NCBI GenBank assembly: GCA_028693085.1 | Contig: JAQUWC010000002.1 | Span: forward strand, 6,420 to 70,419 | Length of the DNA: 64,000 nucleotides | Direction of reading: 5' to 3' | Source: Bacteroidales bacterium | GTDB taxonomy: Bacteria > Bacteroidota > Bacteroidia > Bacteroidales > WCHB1-69 | Shown here: one piece after another, positions 16,987 through 26,261 of the stretch | How positions within the stretch are numbered: the stretch's first letter is position 1 | Layout: every line of letters begins with the position of its first letter | The notes under the pieces: model-generated | Database searches by the model: none | Seen by the model: only the letters and a program-made list of their open reading frames with translations | What the model was told of the DNA's origin: nothing | Translations under genes and position numbers: made by a program

Positions 16987-18753
16987 ATGAATCCATATAA
17001 GAAAATGCTAAGGCATATGAAAACATATCAAGCAATTATAATTTTAAGTACACTGATTGGCACTACGAATCTACTGGGACAATCTCAATACGATGTCGTG
17101 GTAAGTTCATCCTTTACTCCTTCCATCAAAGATGCTCAGGAGAAAATCATGAAAGCGGCCGTCTTTGTTGATACAACCAACATAGAAACGAAAGTAGAAT
17201 ATAATATTGAAGATTTGGTATATACTTTTGAGTACCGCCCCGAACCCATCAAAGCGCCTAAAGTAGGGAAAGACCAAATTACACGCTTATATCGAAATTA
17301 CGTCAAAGCAGGTTTTGGATGGATGGAACCTTATGTAGAATTTAGTCATAGCAATCTACGATCAAAAAATTATGCCTATGGATTGAATGTGAAACACCAT
17401 TCTTTCTTTGGTAAACTCAAAAGTTTCGGACCGGCTTCCTTCAGTCAATCCAACATTGATATGTATGGACAAATGTTTCTGAACAACTATATTATCAATG
17501 CCAATGTTGACTATCAACATCATTTCGTTCATAGTTACGGATATAATACCGATTCCTTGAAAAAAATATTCGGTATAAGCGATATATACTTTCCAAAAGC
17601 CAAAGAAATCGCCCGTCACTATCAAACAGCGCATGCCAATGTAAGTGCCATGAGTAATTACGGAACACGTTCTAACAAATTAACCCAAATCTATTCATTA
17701 GATTACGATTTCCTTTTCGACAATTTTTCATCCTATGAACATCAACTCCAAGCCAAAAGCACCTTGTTTCAAAAAATAAACATAGCCAGACTGGATATGG
17801 CAAAATTGGGAGGCAATATGGATGTGAATTATTATCATAACAAATGGGCACTTCAAGACATCAAAAAAGACCGTTGGTTGTTCAACCTCCGACCTAACTT
17901 ACAATTTGCCTATCATAATTTCTCTTTCCGTATAGGATTTGATCTTGCCATGCGTTTACAAGACAGTGCTAAATTTGCTATTTATCCCAACATAGAAGCA
18001 TTGTTAAATGTGGTCCCCAATATTTTGACTTTCTATGTAGGTGTTGATGGAGGCATGAAACACTACTCCTATCTTGAAAGCATGCGTTTAAATCCGTTTT
18101 TATCGGATTATCTCGACTTAGGATTCGTAAATCAACACATCCGTTTGTATGCCGGCACCAAAACCAACCTTTCTCATTCCTTATTTTTTGGAGCCGGAGC
18201 CTCCTTGTCGCTCAACGACGATATGCCATTTTTCTTTAACGACACATCCTCTCGTTTTTCGCTAAACGACACGACGGCCGTTAATTTATACAATACATTT
18301 TTATTGGTAAAAAGTCAATCCATACACACCAACGCTCACCTCAATTTGACCTATACGTATAAGAATATATTTAACATCGCTTTATCTTTCGAATACAACC
18401 TTTATTCCACTGATTCAATCAAGAAAGCATGGTATAAACCATTATTTATTAGTTCTTTGGAAGCAAATTATAATCTAAAAGATAAATTCTTGTTCTCTTT
18501 CGATTTCTATATACACAGCGGGGCCTATTATCCCTCCATGCAAGCTGATGCCAGCATCAAATCGGAAGTCATGAAGTCGGTATTCGACTTTAACATCGGC
18601 TGTGAATATCGTTGGAATAAACGTTTATCCTTTTTCTTAGACCTAAATAATTTTGCCGCTCAACGAAATTATTTTTATTACAACTATCCCTCTGAACGTA
18701 TCAACTTCTTATTGGGCGTTAAATATATTTTCGGAGGAGAACTTACCAACTAA
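16987..18753 (+). CDS. Putative outer-membrane beta-barrel protein (porin-like)
   Basis: Signal peptide, alternating aromatic/polar beta-strand pattern, and a C-terminal region NFLLGVKYIFGG. It starts 10 nt after the TPR gene. Confidence 0.5.
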   Translation: MNPYKKMLRHMKTYQAIIILSTLIGTTNLLGQSQYDVVVSSSFTPSIKDAQEKIMKAAVFVDTTNIETKVEYNIEDLVYTFEYRPEPIKAPKVGKDQITRLYRNYVKAGFGWMEPYVEFSHSNLRSKNYAYGLNVKHHSFFGKLKSFGPASFSQSNIDMYGQMFLNNYIINANVDYQHHFVHSYGYNTDSLKKIFGISDIYFPKAKEIARHYQTAHANVSAMSNYGTRSNKLTQIYSLDYDFLFDNFSSYEHQLQAKSTLFQKINIARLDMAKLGGNMDVNYYHNKWALQDIKKDRWLFNLRPNLQFAYHNFSFRIGFDLAMRLQDSAKFAIYPNIEALLNVVPNILTFYVGVDGGMKHYSYLESMRLNPFLSDYLDLGFVNQHIRLYAGTKTNLSHSLFFGAGASLSLNDDMPFFFNDTSSRFSLNDTTAVNLYNTFLLVKSQSIHTNAHLNLTYTYKNIFNIALSFEYNLYSTDSIKKAWYKPLFISSLEANYNLKDKFLFSFDFYIHSGAYYPSMQADASIKSEVMKSVFDFNIGCEYRWNKRLSFFLDLNNFAAQRNYFYYNYPSERINFLLGVKYIFGGELTN

Positions 18754-18766
18754 ATAACATATAATT

Positions 18767-19522
18767 ATGATAGCTTATATTACAGGTGCAAGCAGCGGTT
18801 TTGGTAAAGCCATTGCCCTCAAACTTGCCGAAAACAAGTATGACCTTATTATTACCGGCCGACGTGAACATTTATTACGTGCCTTAGAAAAGGAAATCAA
18901 AGAAACCTATCAACGCGACGTTCTCGTATTGGCCTATGATGTGAGGAACCGTCAACAAACGTTCCATATGAACGAAAACCTACCCGATAAATGGAAAGCA
19001 ATCGATGTATTGGTAAACAATGCTGGATTAGCAGCCGGAATGGACCATATCCAAGAGGGCAATATCAACGACTGGGAACAAATGATCGATACCAATCTGA
19101 AAGGATTATTATACGTCACCCGCAGCATAGCTCCTTATATGGTGGCACGTAAAAAAGGACATATCTTTAACATAGGCTCCATTGCCGGAAAAGAAGTATA
19201 TCCGAAAGGAAACGTATATTGTGCAACAAAATTTGCCGTGGATGCTCTTACCAAAGCCATGCGCATAGACATGCTACATTCAGGTATTAAAGTAACACAA
19301 TTGGCCCCCGGTGCTGCCGAAACCGAATTCTCATTGGTTCGCTTTAAAAACGATAAAGAAGCCGCCGACAATGTATATAAAGGTTACACTCCGCTCTACG
19401 CCGACGATATTGCACATATCATTTCCTTTGTGCTATCACTCCCCGATCATGTGTGTATCAATGATATGGTCATTACTTGTAAAGCGCAAGCATCTGCCAC
19501 ACAATTCCATAAAGAGCTGTAA
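18767..19522 (+). CDS. Short-chain dehydrogenase/reductase (YdfG-like NADP-dependent SDR)
   Basis: ITGASSGFG cofactor site, NNAG, and the catalytic S...YCATK motif. Confidence 0.85.
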   Translation: MIAYITGASSGFGKAIALKLAENKYDLIITGRREHLLRALEKEIKETYQRDVLVLAYDVRNRQQTFHMNENLPDKWKAIDVLVNNAGLAAGMDHIQEGNINDWEQMIDTNLKGLLYVTRSIAPYMVARKKGHIFNIGSIAGKEVYPKGNVYCATKFAVDALTKAMRIDMLHSGIKVTQLAPGAAETEFSLVRFKNDKEAADNVYKGYTPLYADDIAHIISFVLSLPDHVCINDMVITCKAQASATQFHKEL

Positions 19523-19708
19523 TCTAAATTCCTATATTTTATAATACACGCCTACGCTACCTAAAAATAAGATTTATATTGCTTCCATAATCAAAAGGAA
19601 ACATATTCGCTTTTTGTATTGTTTCATGTATATGATACGATTCAAATAATAGCTCTTTCAAAAATATAGGAGCTTTTCTGTTCTTTGTGGAAACTAAAAA
19701 TAAAAGTG

Positions 19709-19716
19709 TAATTTTG
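19709..19716 (+). promoter_or_regulatory. -7 promoter box (TAATTTTG)
   Basis: TAnnTTTG match 28 nt upstream of the ATG at 19744. Confidence 0.35.
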
Positions 19717-19743
19717 CATTTATTTTCATTAAATACAAAAATC

Positions 19744-21135
19744 ATGTTTGACAAAAACACCTATATTCAAAGACGTAATGCATTAAAAAAAACCGTAAAA
19801 GACGGCATTCTACTTTTTTTGGGAAACAACGAAGCTCCCATGAACTATCCATCAAACACTTATCATTACCGCCAAGATAGTCATTTTATATATTTTTTCG
19901 GAATACAATTGGATCATTTAGCGGCTGTAATCGATCTGGATGAAGATAAAGAAATTATTTTTGGGGATAATTATACCATCGACGATATCATATGGATGGG
20001 TAATCAACCAACCATCGAAGCATTGGCAGGGCAATGCGGAGTAACACACACTCAATCTTTGGCTAACTTAATTAACTATTTGCAAAAGGCTCAATCATCG
20101 GGTCGAAAAATTCATTATTTACCCCCTTATCGGGATGACAACAAAATATTTTTACATCATACCCTGGGTATTGCTTTTGATGCATTGAAACAAAAGGCTT
20201 CCATTGAATTTATCAAAGGGGTAGTTTCCTTACGTGAAGTAAAAGACGACGAAGAACTTCAAGAAATGGAAAAAGCCTGTAACCTGGGTGTCGATATGCA
20301 TATGGCGGCCATGCGTTATTGCAAAGTCGGTAAATTGGAAAGAGAACTTTCGGGTATGATTGAAGGCATAGCTCTTTCGGGCGGAAACGGGGTTTCTTTT
20401 CCGGTTATATTATCTCAAAACGGCGAAACCTTACACAACCACAATCATGAACAAAAATTAGAAAATGGGCGCATGTTGTTGGTAGATGCCGGAGCCGAAT
20501 TAAAAACAGGCTATTCTTCAGATTACACACGCAGTTTTCCCGTTTCGGGTAGATTCACTCAAAAACAAAAAGAAATTTACGAAATCGTATTGAAAGCTAA
20601 TTTGGAAGCTATTGCTATGGCTAAACCCGGACTAAATTATTTCGACGTTCATTTACACGCTACTACGATTATCGCAAAAGGATTAACCCAGTTAGGTTTA
20701 ATGAAAGGCAATGCCGAAGAGGCAGCAAAAGTGGGAGCTCATGCTTTATTTATGCCACACGGATTGGGGCATATGCTTGGATTGGATGTACACGATATGG
20801 AAGATCTGGGCGAAAACTATGTAGGTTATACCGAATACATACAACGCAGTAGCATCTTCGGTCATGGCAGTTTACGTTGCGGCAAAACATTGAAAAAAGG
20901 ATTTGTCTTAACGGTTGAACCCGGCATATACTTTATCCCACAATTAATCAGCATATGGGAAAAAGAAAATAAATTCGTGGAATATATTAATTACGATAAA
21001 GTAAAATCATATATAGGTTTTGGCGGCATCAGAATTGAAGACGACATCGTCATTACCGATACGGCTTGTCGCGTCATCGGACGACCTCTCCCTAAAAAGG
21101 TAACCGAAATAGAATCTCTTATGAATCTATCCTAA
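19744..21135 (+). CDS. Xaa-Pro aminopeptidase (M24B, aminopeptidase P family)
   Basis: Pita-bread metal-ligand pattern LVDAGAE...YSSDYTRSF, HGLGHMLGLDVHD, VLTVEPGIY and GGIRIEDD. Start moved to 19744. Confidence 0.85.
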   Translation: MFDKNTYIQRRNALKKTVKDGILLFLGNNEAPMNYPSNTYHYRQDSHFIYFFGIQLDHLAAVIDLDEDKEIIFGDNYTIDDIIWMGNQPTIEALAGQCGVTHTQSLANLINYLQKAQSSGRKIHYLPPYRDDNKIFLHHTLGIAFDALKQKASIEFIKGVVSLREVKDDEELQEMEKACNLGVDMHMAAMRYCKVGKLERELSGMIEGIALSGGNGVSFPVILSQNGETLHNHNHEQKLENGRMLLVDAGAELKTGYSSDYTRSFPVSGRFTQKQKEIYEIVLKANLEAIAMAKPGLNYFDVHLHATTIIAKGLTQLGLMKGNAEEAAKVGAHALFMPHGLGHMLGLDVHDMEDLGENYVGYTEYIQRSSIFGHGSLRCGKTLKKGFVLTVEPGIYFIPQLISIWEKENKFVEYINYDKVKSYIGFGGIRIEDDIVITDTACRVIGRPLPKKVTEIESLMNLS

Positions 21136-21186
21136 GATATAGATTCTAAAACTAATAGAGATACAAAAACAACAAGCGCAAAACGT

Positions 21187-21738
21187 ATGGATGTTACCTC
21201 AATCATTTTTATTGCCATCGGATTAGCCATGGATAGTTTTGCTGTGAGCATTTCTATTGGCAGCTGTTCTTCCTTATTTCGCTACAAACAAGCCTTCTTA
21301 ACCGCTTTTATCATGGGAGCCTTTCAAGCTCTTATGCCTGTAGTAGGATGGGCATTAGCTTTCCACTTTGCTGAATCTATTTCCGATTTCGACCACTGGA
21401 TCGCTTTTATCCTTTTATCCTATTTAGGTGGTAAAATGATATATGAATCGTTTCAGAAAAAAGATAAACCTTGCATTATCTTTTCATTAAAAACATTACT
21501 TATACTGGGAATTGCTACCAGTATCGATGCTTTAGCCATTGGAATTAGTTTTGCTTTTCTGAATATAAATATTATCTTACCGGTGATTATTATCGGACTC
21601 ATTGCTTTCTTGTTTTCTTTTGCTGCTGTCTTTATCGGATTTCGTTTTGGTAAATTGAAAATCATGAGAGTTGAACTCATTGGAGGCCTCATATTGATAG
21701 CTATTGGCACTAAAATACTGATAGAACATATGTTTTAA
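21187..21738 (+). CDS. mntP: Manganese efflux pump MntP
   Basis: 183 aa with 6 TM helices and duplicated GLAMDSFAVS / ATSIDALAIG motifs (DUF204/MntP). Confidence 0.85.
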   Translation: MDVTSIIFIAIGLAMDSFAVSISIGSCSSLFRYKQAFLTAFIMGAFQALMPVVGWALAFHFAESISDFDHWIAFILLSYLGGKMIYESFQKKDKPCIIFSLKTLLILGIATSIDALAIGISFAFLNINIILPVIIIGLIAFLFSFAAVFIGFRFGKLKIMRVELIGGLILIAIGTKILIEHMF

Positions 21739-21757
21739 GCCTTGTAATCAAATCAAC

Positions 21758-22660
21758 ATGCAGCAATATAGAAGTTATGTATTACCGTTTGCTATTATAT
21801 TGGGACTCTTGTTTCATTCCTATATTATCTTACTGTCGAGCGCTGTTCCAATTTTAATATTCTTGATGTTATTTTTTACCTATAGTTCTATCCACGTGAG
21901 CAAAATGCGGATTGGCAATTTTGACTTGTATTTACTTCTTTTTCAATTAGTAGCAAGTATTCTATCTTATATTTTGTTATACACTTTCGACCATGAACTT
22001 GCACAAGGAGCTTTGGTATGTATATTAGCCCCAACAGCAACTTCAGCCGTTGTCATTGCCGTCATGTTGGGAGGCAACCTAACCACTATGGGAGTATACA
22101 CTTTATTAAGTAATTTGGTTGTTGCTTTTATGGCTCCTATCTATTTTTCGTTCATAGGAGGCTGCGCGAAACTATCTTTTTGGGAATCGTTCGGATTGAT
22201 ATTTGCAAAAATAGCTCCGGTATTAATACTCCCGTTTATTTTAGCCGTAAGCATTCAAAAGTTCTCTCCTACACTAAATACCAAAATCTTAAAATTGCAA
22301 TTTATTTCGTTTTATTTATGGGCATTGGCATTGACCGTCGTCATTGCAAAAATCATTAATTTCATTTTAAATCAACAAGGAATTAGCCTTTGGTTTATGA
22401 TAGGCGCCGGTATATTAGCCCTGATCATATGTATTATACAATTCGCATTGGGTAAATATATCGGCAATCGTTACGGAGATAAAGTTGCAGGTGGTCAATC
22501 TTTGGGACAAAAAAATACCGTTTTAGCCATTTGGATGTCCCAAACCTATTTGAATCCCATAAGTTCAATCATTCCAGCCATCTATGTGATATTACAAAAT
22601 GTATATAACAGTTATCAACTTTGGAAACAAGACACTAACCACCGTAAACAGCATGGATAA
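21758..22660 (+). CDS. Polytopic membrane transporter, possibly bile acid:Na+ symporter (BASS)-like
   Basis: 300 aa with about 9-10 TM helices. CILAPTATSAVVIAVMLGGN resembles the BASS core helix. Assignment is weak. Confidence 0.45.
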   Translation: MQQYRSYVLPFAIILGLLFHSYIILLSSAVPILIFLMLFFTYSSIHVSKMRIGNFDLYLLLFQLVASILSYILLYTFDHELAQGALVCILAPTATSAVVIAVMLGGNLTTMGVYTLLSNLVVAFMAPIYFSFIGGCAKLSFWESFGLIFAKIAPVLILPFILAVSIQKFSPTLNTKILKLQFISFYLWALALTVVIAKIINFILNQQGISLWFMIGAGILALIICIIQFALGKYIGNRYGDKVAGGQSLGQKNTVLAIWMSQTYLNPISSIIPAIYVILQNVYNSYQLWKQDTNHRKQHG

Positions 22661-22841
22661 GTACTATCTTATCATCGTTTTGTAAAATGGTGTTTTCCCA
22701 TTCCACGCGGGCTATCACTTTATTATTGATTGCAACCGCCAAGCGTTTATCTTCTTCCCGATGTAAAATTTTCATTAAATCCATAAGCGAAGAAGCCACT
22801 TCGATTTGTTGTTCACGATTATTCACAAACACTTGTATCAT
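22635..22841 (-). CDS. thiS: ThiS-family sulfur carrier protein
   Basis: 68 aa with a ubiquitin-like beta-grasp pattern and a C-terminal YGG. A 4-nt overlap with thiD suggests translational coupling. Confidence 0.8.
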   Translation of the reverse strand: MIQVFVNNREQQIEVASSLMDLMKILHREEDKRLAVAINNKVIARVEWENTILQNDDKIVLIHAVYGG

Positions 22842-23674
22842 ACATTCCTTTTTTTAATAATTTTTAATTTTTGAGGATTAAAACCATGATTTAACGGCCC
22901 GTGTCCATGCCCCAAAACAAGATCCTTTCCTTGCATAATAGCCATAAAGACATATTTTTTCGCTAAATCTACTGCTTCAGGCAATGCATATCCTAAGGCT
23001 AAATAACTGGCTATTGCCGACGACAGGGTACAACCTGTACCATGTAAATTATTGGTTTCTATATAATCTGAACTAAACGTAAGCGGATTTTCATCTCCTT
23101 GTATCCATAGCACATCCGTCATGCTCTTTGTTTTTAAATGCCCCCCTTTTACCAATACAGCCTTACAACCGTAAGACAGAAGGTCATAAGCTGCCTGTTT
23201 CATCTCATCAACTGTTTCTAAAGATTTGTTTACAAGCAAAGAAGCTTCTTTTAAATTGGGAGTAATGATTGTAGAAAGTGGAAATAAGTTTTTCTTCATA
23301 CTTTCAATCGTTGAATGTTGTATGAGAGAATCTCCGCTTGTAGCCACCATGACCGGATCAAGCACAATATATTTTGGCTTATATGTTAGCAAAGCTTGCG
23401 TCAACACCTCCACAACTTCCGGACTATGTAACATACCGATTTTAACAGCGTCGATGTGAAAATCATCCATGACCGCTTGCAATTGCTGTCGAAAAACATC
23501 CATCGTTACCGACTGAATGCCTTTGACTCCTAAGGTGTTTTGAGCGGTAATCGCCGTGATGACTGTAGCAGCATAAAGCCCTAAGGAAGAGATGGTTTTT
23601 ATATCCGCTTGAATGCCCGCTCCACCTCCGCTATCCGAACCGGCAACACTGACTACTACAGGATATGTTTTCAT
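22838..23674 (-). CDS. thiD: Hydroxymethylpyrimidine/phosphomethylpyrimidine kinase
   Basis: VAGSDSGGGAGIQADIKT, DPVMVATSGD and HGTGCTLSSAIA motifs. Confidence 0.9.
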   Translation of the reverse strand: MKTYPVVVSVAGSDSGGGAGIQADIKTISSLGLYAATVITAITAQNTLGVKGIQSVTMDVFRQQLQAVMDDFHIDAVKIGMLHSPEVVEVLTQALLTYKPKYIVLDPVMVATSGDSLIQHSTIESMKKNLFPLSTIITPNLKEASLLVNKSLETVDEMKQAAYDLLSYGCKAVLVKGGHLKTKSMTDVLWIQGDENPLTFSSDYIETNNLHGTGCTLSSAIASYLALGYALPEAVDLAKKYVFMAIMQGKDLVLGHGHGPLNHGFNPQKLKIIKKRNV

Positions 23675-24741
23675 TTTTTTACCTTAATAATTTCTTCTTG
23701 TATTTTGATGGTTTCTTCATGCAAAACCTCCATGAGTTTTTGCATAAAATCCTTATTTAAATGCCAATAATCACTTTGTTGCAATACGTGATCAATAACT
23801 TCTTGCCAACGATTAATTTGCAACAAAGAAATATTCTTCTCTTTTTTGTAGTATGCAATCTTCTCCACAATTTCCAAACGTCTGGCCAGGAGTGCGCATA
23901 AATCTTTATCCAGCTCATCAATCATATCACGGTATGTTTTCAACTGTTTGTCTTTTTTTTCTGTCAGAGAAGGAATGCGTAATTGTGTGATTAAATTAAA
24001 GAATTCAGTCGGTTTTAGTTGTTGACTTCTATCACTCAAAGCCTGAGTAGGATCAACATGCACTTCAATCATCAAGCCATTTACATCCATATACAAAGCT
24101 TTTTGAGCAATTTCGAAAATAAAATCCTTATTTCCTGCCATGTGGCTTGGATCGCAGAGCATGGGGATTTCGGGATGCCGGCGTTTGAATTCTATGGGAA
24201 TATTCCATAAAGGATTGTTTCTATATATGGAATGTTCATAGGTAGAAAATCCTCTGTGTATGGAAGCCATTTTTTTTATTCCGGCTTTGGCCAAGCGCTC
24301 AAAAGCTCCTATCCATAAATGTAAATCGGGCGAAATAGGATTTTTAATCATGATGCTAACATCACTGCCTTTAGCAGTATCGGCTATAGCCTGTACCATG
24401 AAAGGATTAACGCTCGTTCGTGCACCTATCCAAAAATACCGTATATTATGTTTTAAAGCGATTTCGAGATGTTGAGGTATGGCTATTTCAATACAAGTCG
24501 GGATATGATAGCTTTGTTCAACCTCTTGCAACCAGGATAAAGCTTGTTCCCCACACCCTTCAAAACTATGAGGTGATGAACGAGGCTTCCATACGCCACA
24601 ACGAAACAAGGATATCATGGGTTTTTCCGAAAGCTGAAGAGCAGTCTCTAACACCTGCTCTCGCGATTCGGCACTGCATGGCCCTGCTATAAGTAAGGGT
24701 GTGTGGTTTTGTGATGATACTAACGGTTGAATGTCAAACAT
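23671..24741 (-). CDS. Bifunctional 3-deoxy-7-phosphoheptulonate (DAHP) synthase / chorismate mutase type II
   Basis: KDO8P/DAHP-synthase I-beta core (AGPCSAES, FRCGVWKPRSSP, CDPSH) followed by a C-terminal helical chorismate mutase domain (RDMIDELDKDLCALLARRLEIVEKIAYYKK). Confidence 0.85.
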   Translation of the reverse strand: MFDIQPLVSSQNHTPLLIAGPCSAESREQVLETALQLSEKPMISLFRCGVWKPRSSPHSFEGCGEQALSWLQEVEQSYHIPTCIEIAIPQHLEIALKHNIRYFWIGARTSVNPFMVQAIADTAKGSDVSIMIKNPISPDLHLWIGAFERLAKAGIKKMASIHRGFSTYEHSIYRNNPLWNIPIEFKRRHPEIPMLCDPSHMAGNKDFIFEIAQKALYMDVNGLMIEVHVDPTQALSDRSQQLKPTEFFNLITQLRIPSLTEKKDKQLKTYRDMIDELDKDLCALLARRLEIVEKIAYYKKEKNISLLQINRWQEVIDHVLQQSDYWHLNKDFMQKLMEVLHEETIKIQEEIIKVKK

Positions 24742-24960
24742 ACCTTTTAATTATCAGAATTTTGATGCCTGTATACAGAATTAGTACTGCTCTGCAAAAG
24801 TAATCTTTATTTCAAAACAAAAAAATGAAACCTACCTTATTTAGGTGCCTTTCTATGGACAAAAAGAGGGTTTTTATTAACATAATACTGTGAAATACTT
24901 TTGTAAAGATATTTTCATAATGTAATAAGGTTATATAATTTTGTAACATTATAAAACGAC

Positions 24961-26166
24961 ATGTATAAAAATATAAAACAAATAGTATATTTCATACTAG
25001 TTGTCTGTCTATCATTAGGCAGCAGCCATACTTTATGGAGTCAAACCAGCAAAGAAGCCCTAACCAAAGAAAAAAAACAACTCGAAAAAGAACTAGCACA
25101 ACAAAAAAAACTCTTAGAAGAAACCCGTCGAAACAAAACAGCCTCCCTGCGGGAAATTCAATTAATCACTAATCAAATAAAAAACAGGGAAAAGCTTATT
25201 CAAACCATCAACGAAGAACTTTCCTATATAGACGTCGAAATAGAGGAAGTAACCAAAGAAATTACCCAATTACAAACTAAACTCGATGAATTGATTGATG
25301 CCTATAGAAAAGCAATCTACATAGCCTATAAACACCGAAACATGCTTGACAAAGCAAATTTCATTATATCCTCGGAAAACATTCATCAAGCGGTAAAACG
25401 CATGCGCTATTTACAAGAATATTCCAATGCACTCAATCGCCATGTCTTAATTATTCAACAAACACAAGCAACCAAGAAAGAAAAAGAAAAAGTGTTGATG
25501 CAAAACAAACAAGAAAAAATGAACCTCTTGGAGCATAAAAACCAAGAAAAAACAAACTTAGTAAAACAACAACGGGACAAAGATCAAGTAGTATCAACCT
25601 TAAAAAAGAAAGAAAGTCAGATAAATACAGAAATCAATCGTAAAATCAAACGTCAAAAAGCCATTGATAATCAGATAGCCAAAATCATTGAAGCCGAATT
25701 AGCCAAAGCCAAAAAATCGGTTTCTCCAAAAGTAGAAGCAGCCAATGTAGCATTGTCGGCCGACTTTGCAAATAATCAGGGAAAGCTCCCATGGCCTGTC
25801 GATAAAGGAAATATCATTACAAACTTTGGTACTTACTCTCATCCGGAAGTATCATCGGTATTGATAACAAATAATGGCATTAACATTTTAACAGATAGAG
25901 CGGCCTCCGTACGTTCCATTTTCAACGGAAAAGTATCGACCGTGAGTATCATTGACGGAGCAAATGTGGTTATTATTAGCCACGGTGCCTATCTAACCGT
26001 ATATAGTAATTTAGGAAGCGTCTGTGTAAAGCCCGGCGATGTAGTCAGCACCCGACAAGTTATCGGAAACATGAAATCAGATCCTAACGACAGCAAAGCG
26101 GAACTGCATTTTGAAATACGCAAAGAACGTACACCCCTTAATCCAACTTCCTGGATTAAACAATAA
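24961..26166 (+). CDS. M23 peptidase-domain murein hydrolase activator (EnvC-like)
   Basis: Signal peptide and a long K/E/Q-rich coiled coil, then a C-terminal LytM/M23 domain (GINILTDRAASVRSIFNGKV...HGAYLTVYSNL...LHFEIR). Confidence 0.8.
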   Translation: MYKNIKQIVYFILVVCLSLGSSHTLWSQTSKEALTKEKKQLEKELAQQKKLLEETRRNKTASLREIQLITNQIKNREKLIQTINEELSYIDVEIEEVTKEITQLQTKLDELIDAYRKAIYIAYKHRNMLDKANFIISSENIHQAVKRMRYLQEYSNALNRHVLIIQQTQATKKEKEKVLMQNKQEKMNLLEHKNQEKTNLVKQQRDKDQVVSTLKKKESQINTEINRKIKRQKAIDNQIAKIIEAELAKAKKSVSPKVEAANVALSADFANNQGKLPWPVDKGNIITNFGTYSHPEVSSVLITNNGINILTDRAASVRSIFNGKVSTVSIIDGANVVIISHGAYLTVYSNLGSVCVKPGDVVSTRQVIGNMKSDPNDSKAELHFEIRKERTPLNPTSWIKQ

Positions 26167-26261
26167 GGGTTAAATCACATTCATATAATTTTTTACTTCT
26201 ATTTTTATAATTTTTTTGTTCTTATCACGTTGTTTTGTATATTTCTTAAAATTCAAACAAC

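Noticed and set aside
24742-24960. Expected TPP riboswitch upstream of the DAHP synthase-thiD-thiS operon
   Set aside because: I could not find the conserved CUGAGA / ACCUGAUCUGGAUAAUGCCAGCG-type core on the minus strand of this spacer. Only a covariance-model scan could exclude a divergent form.
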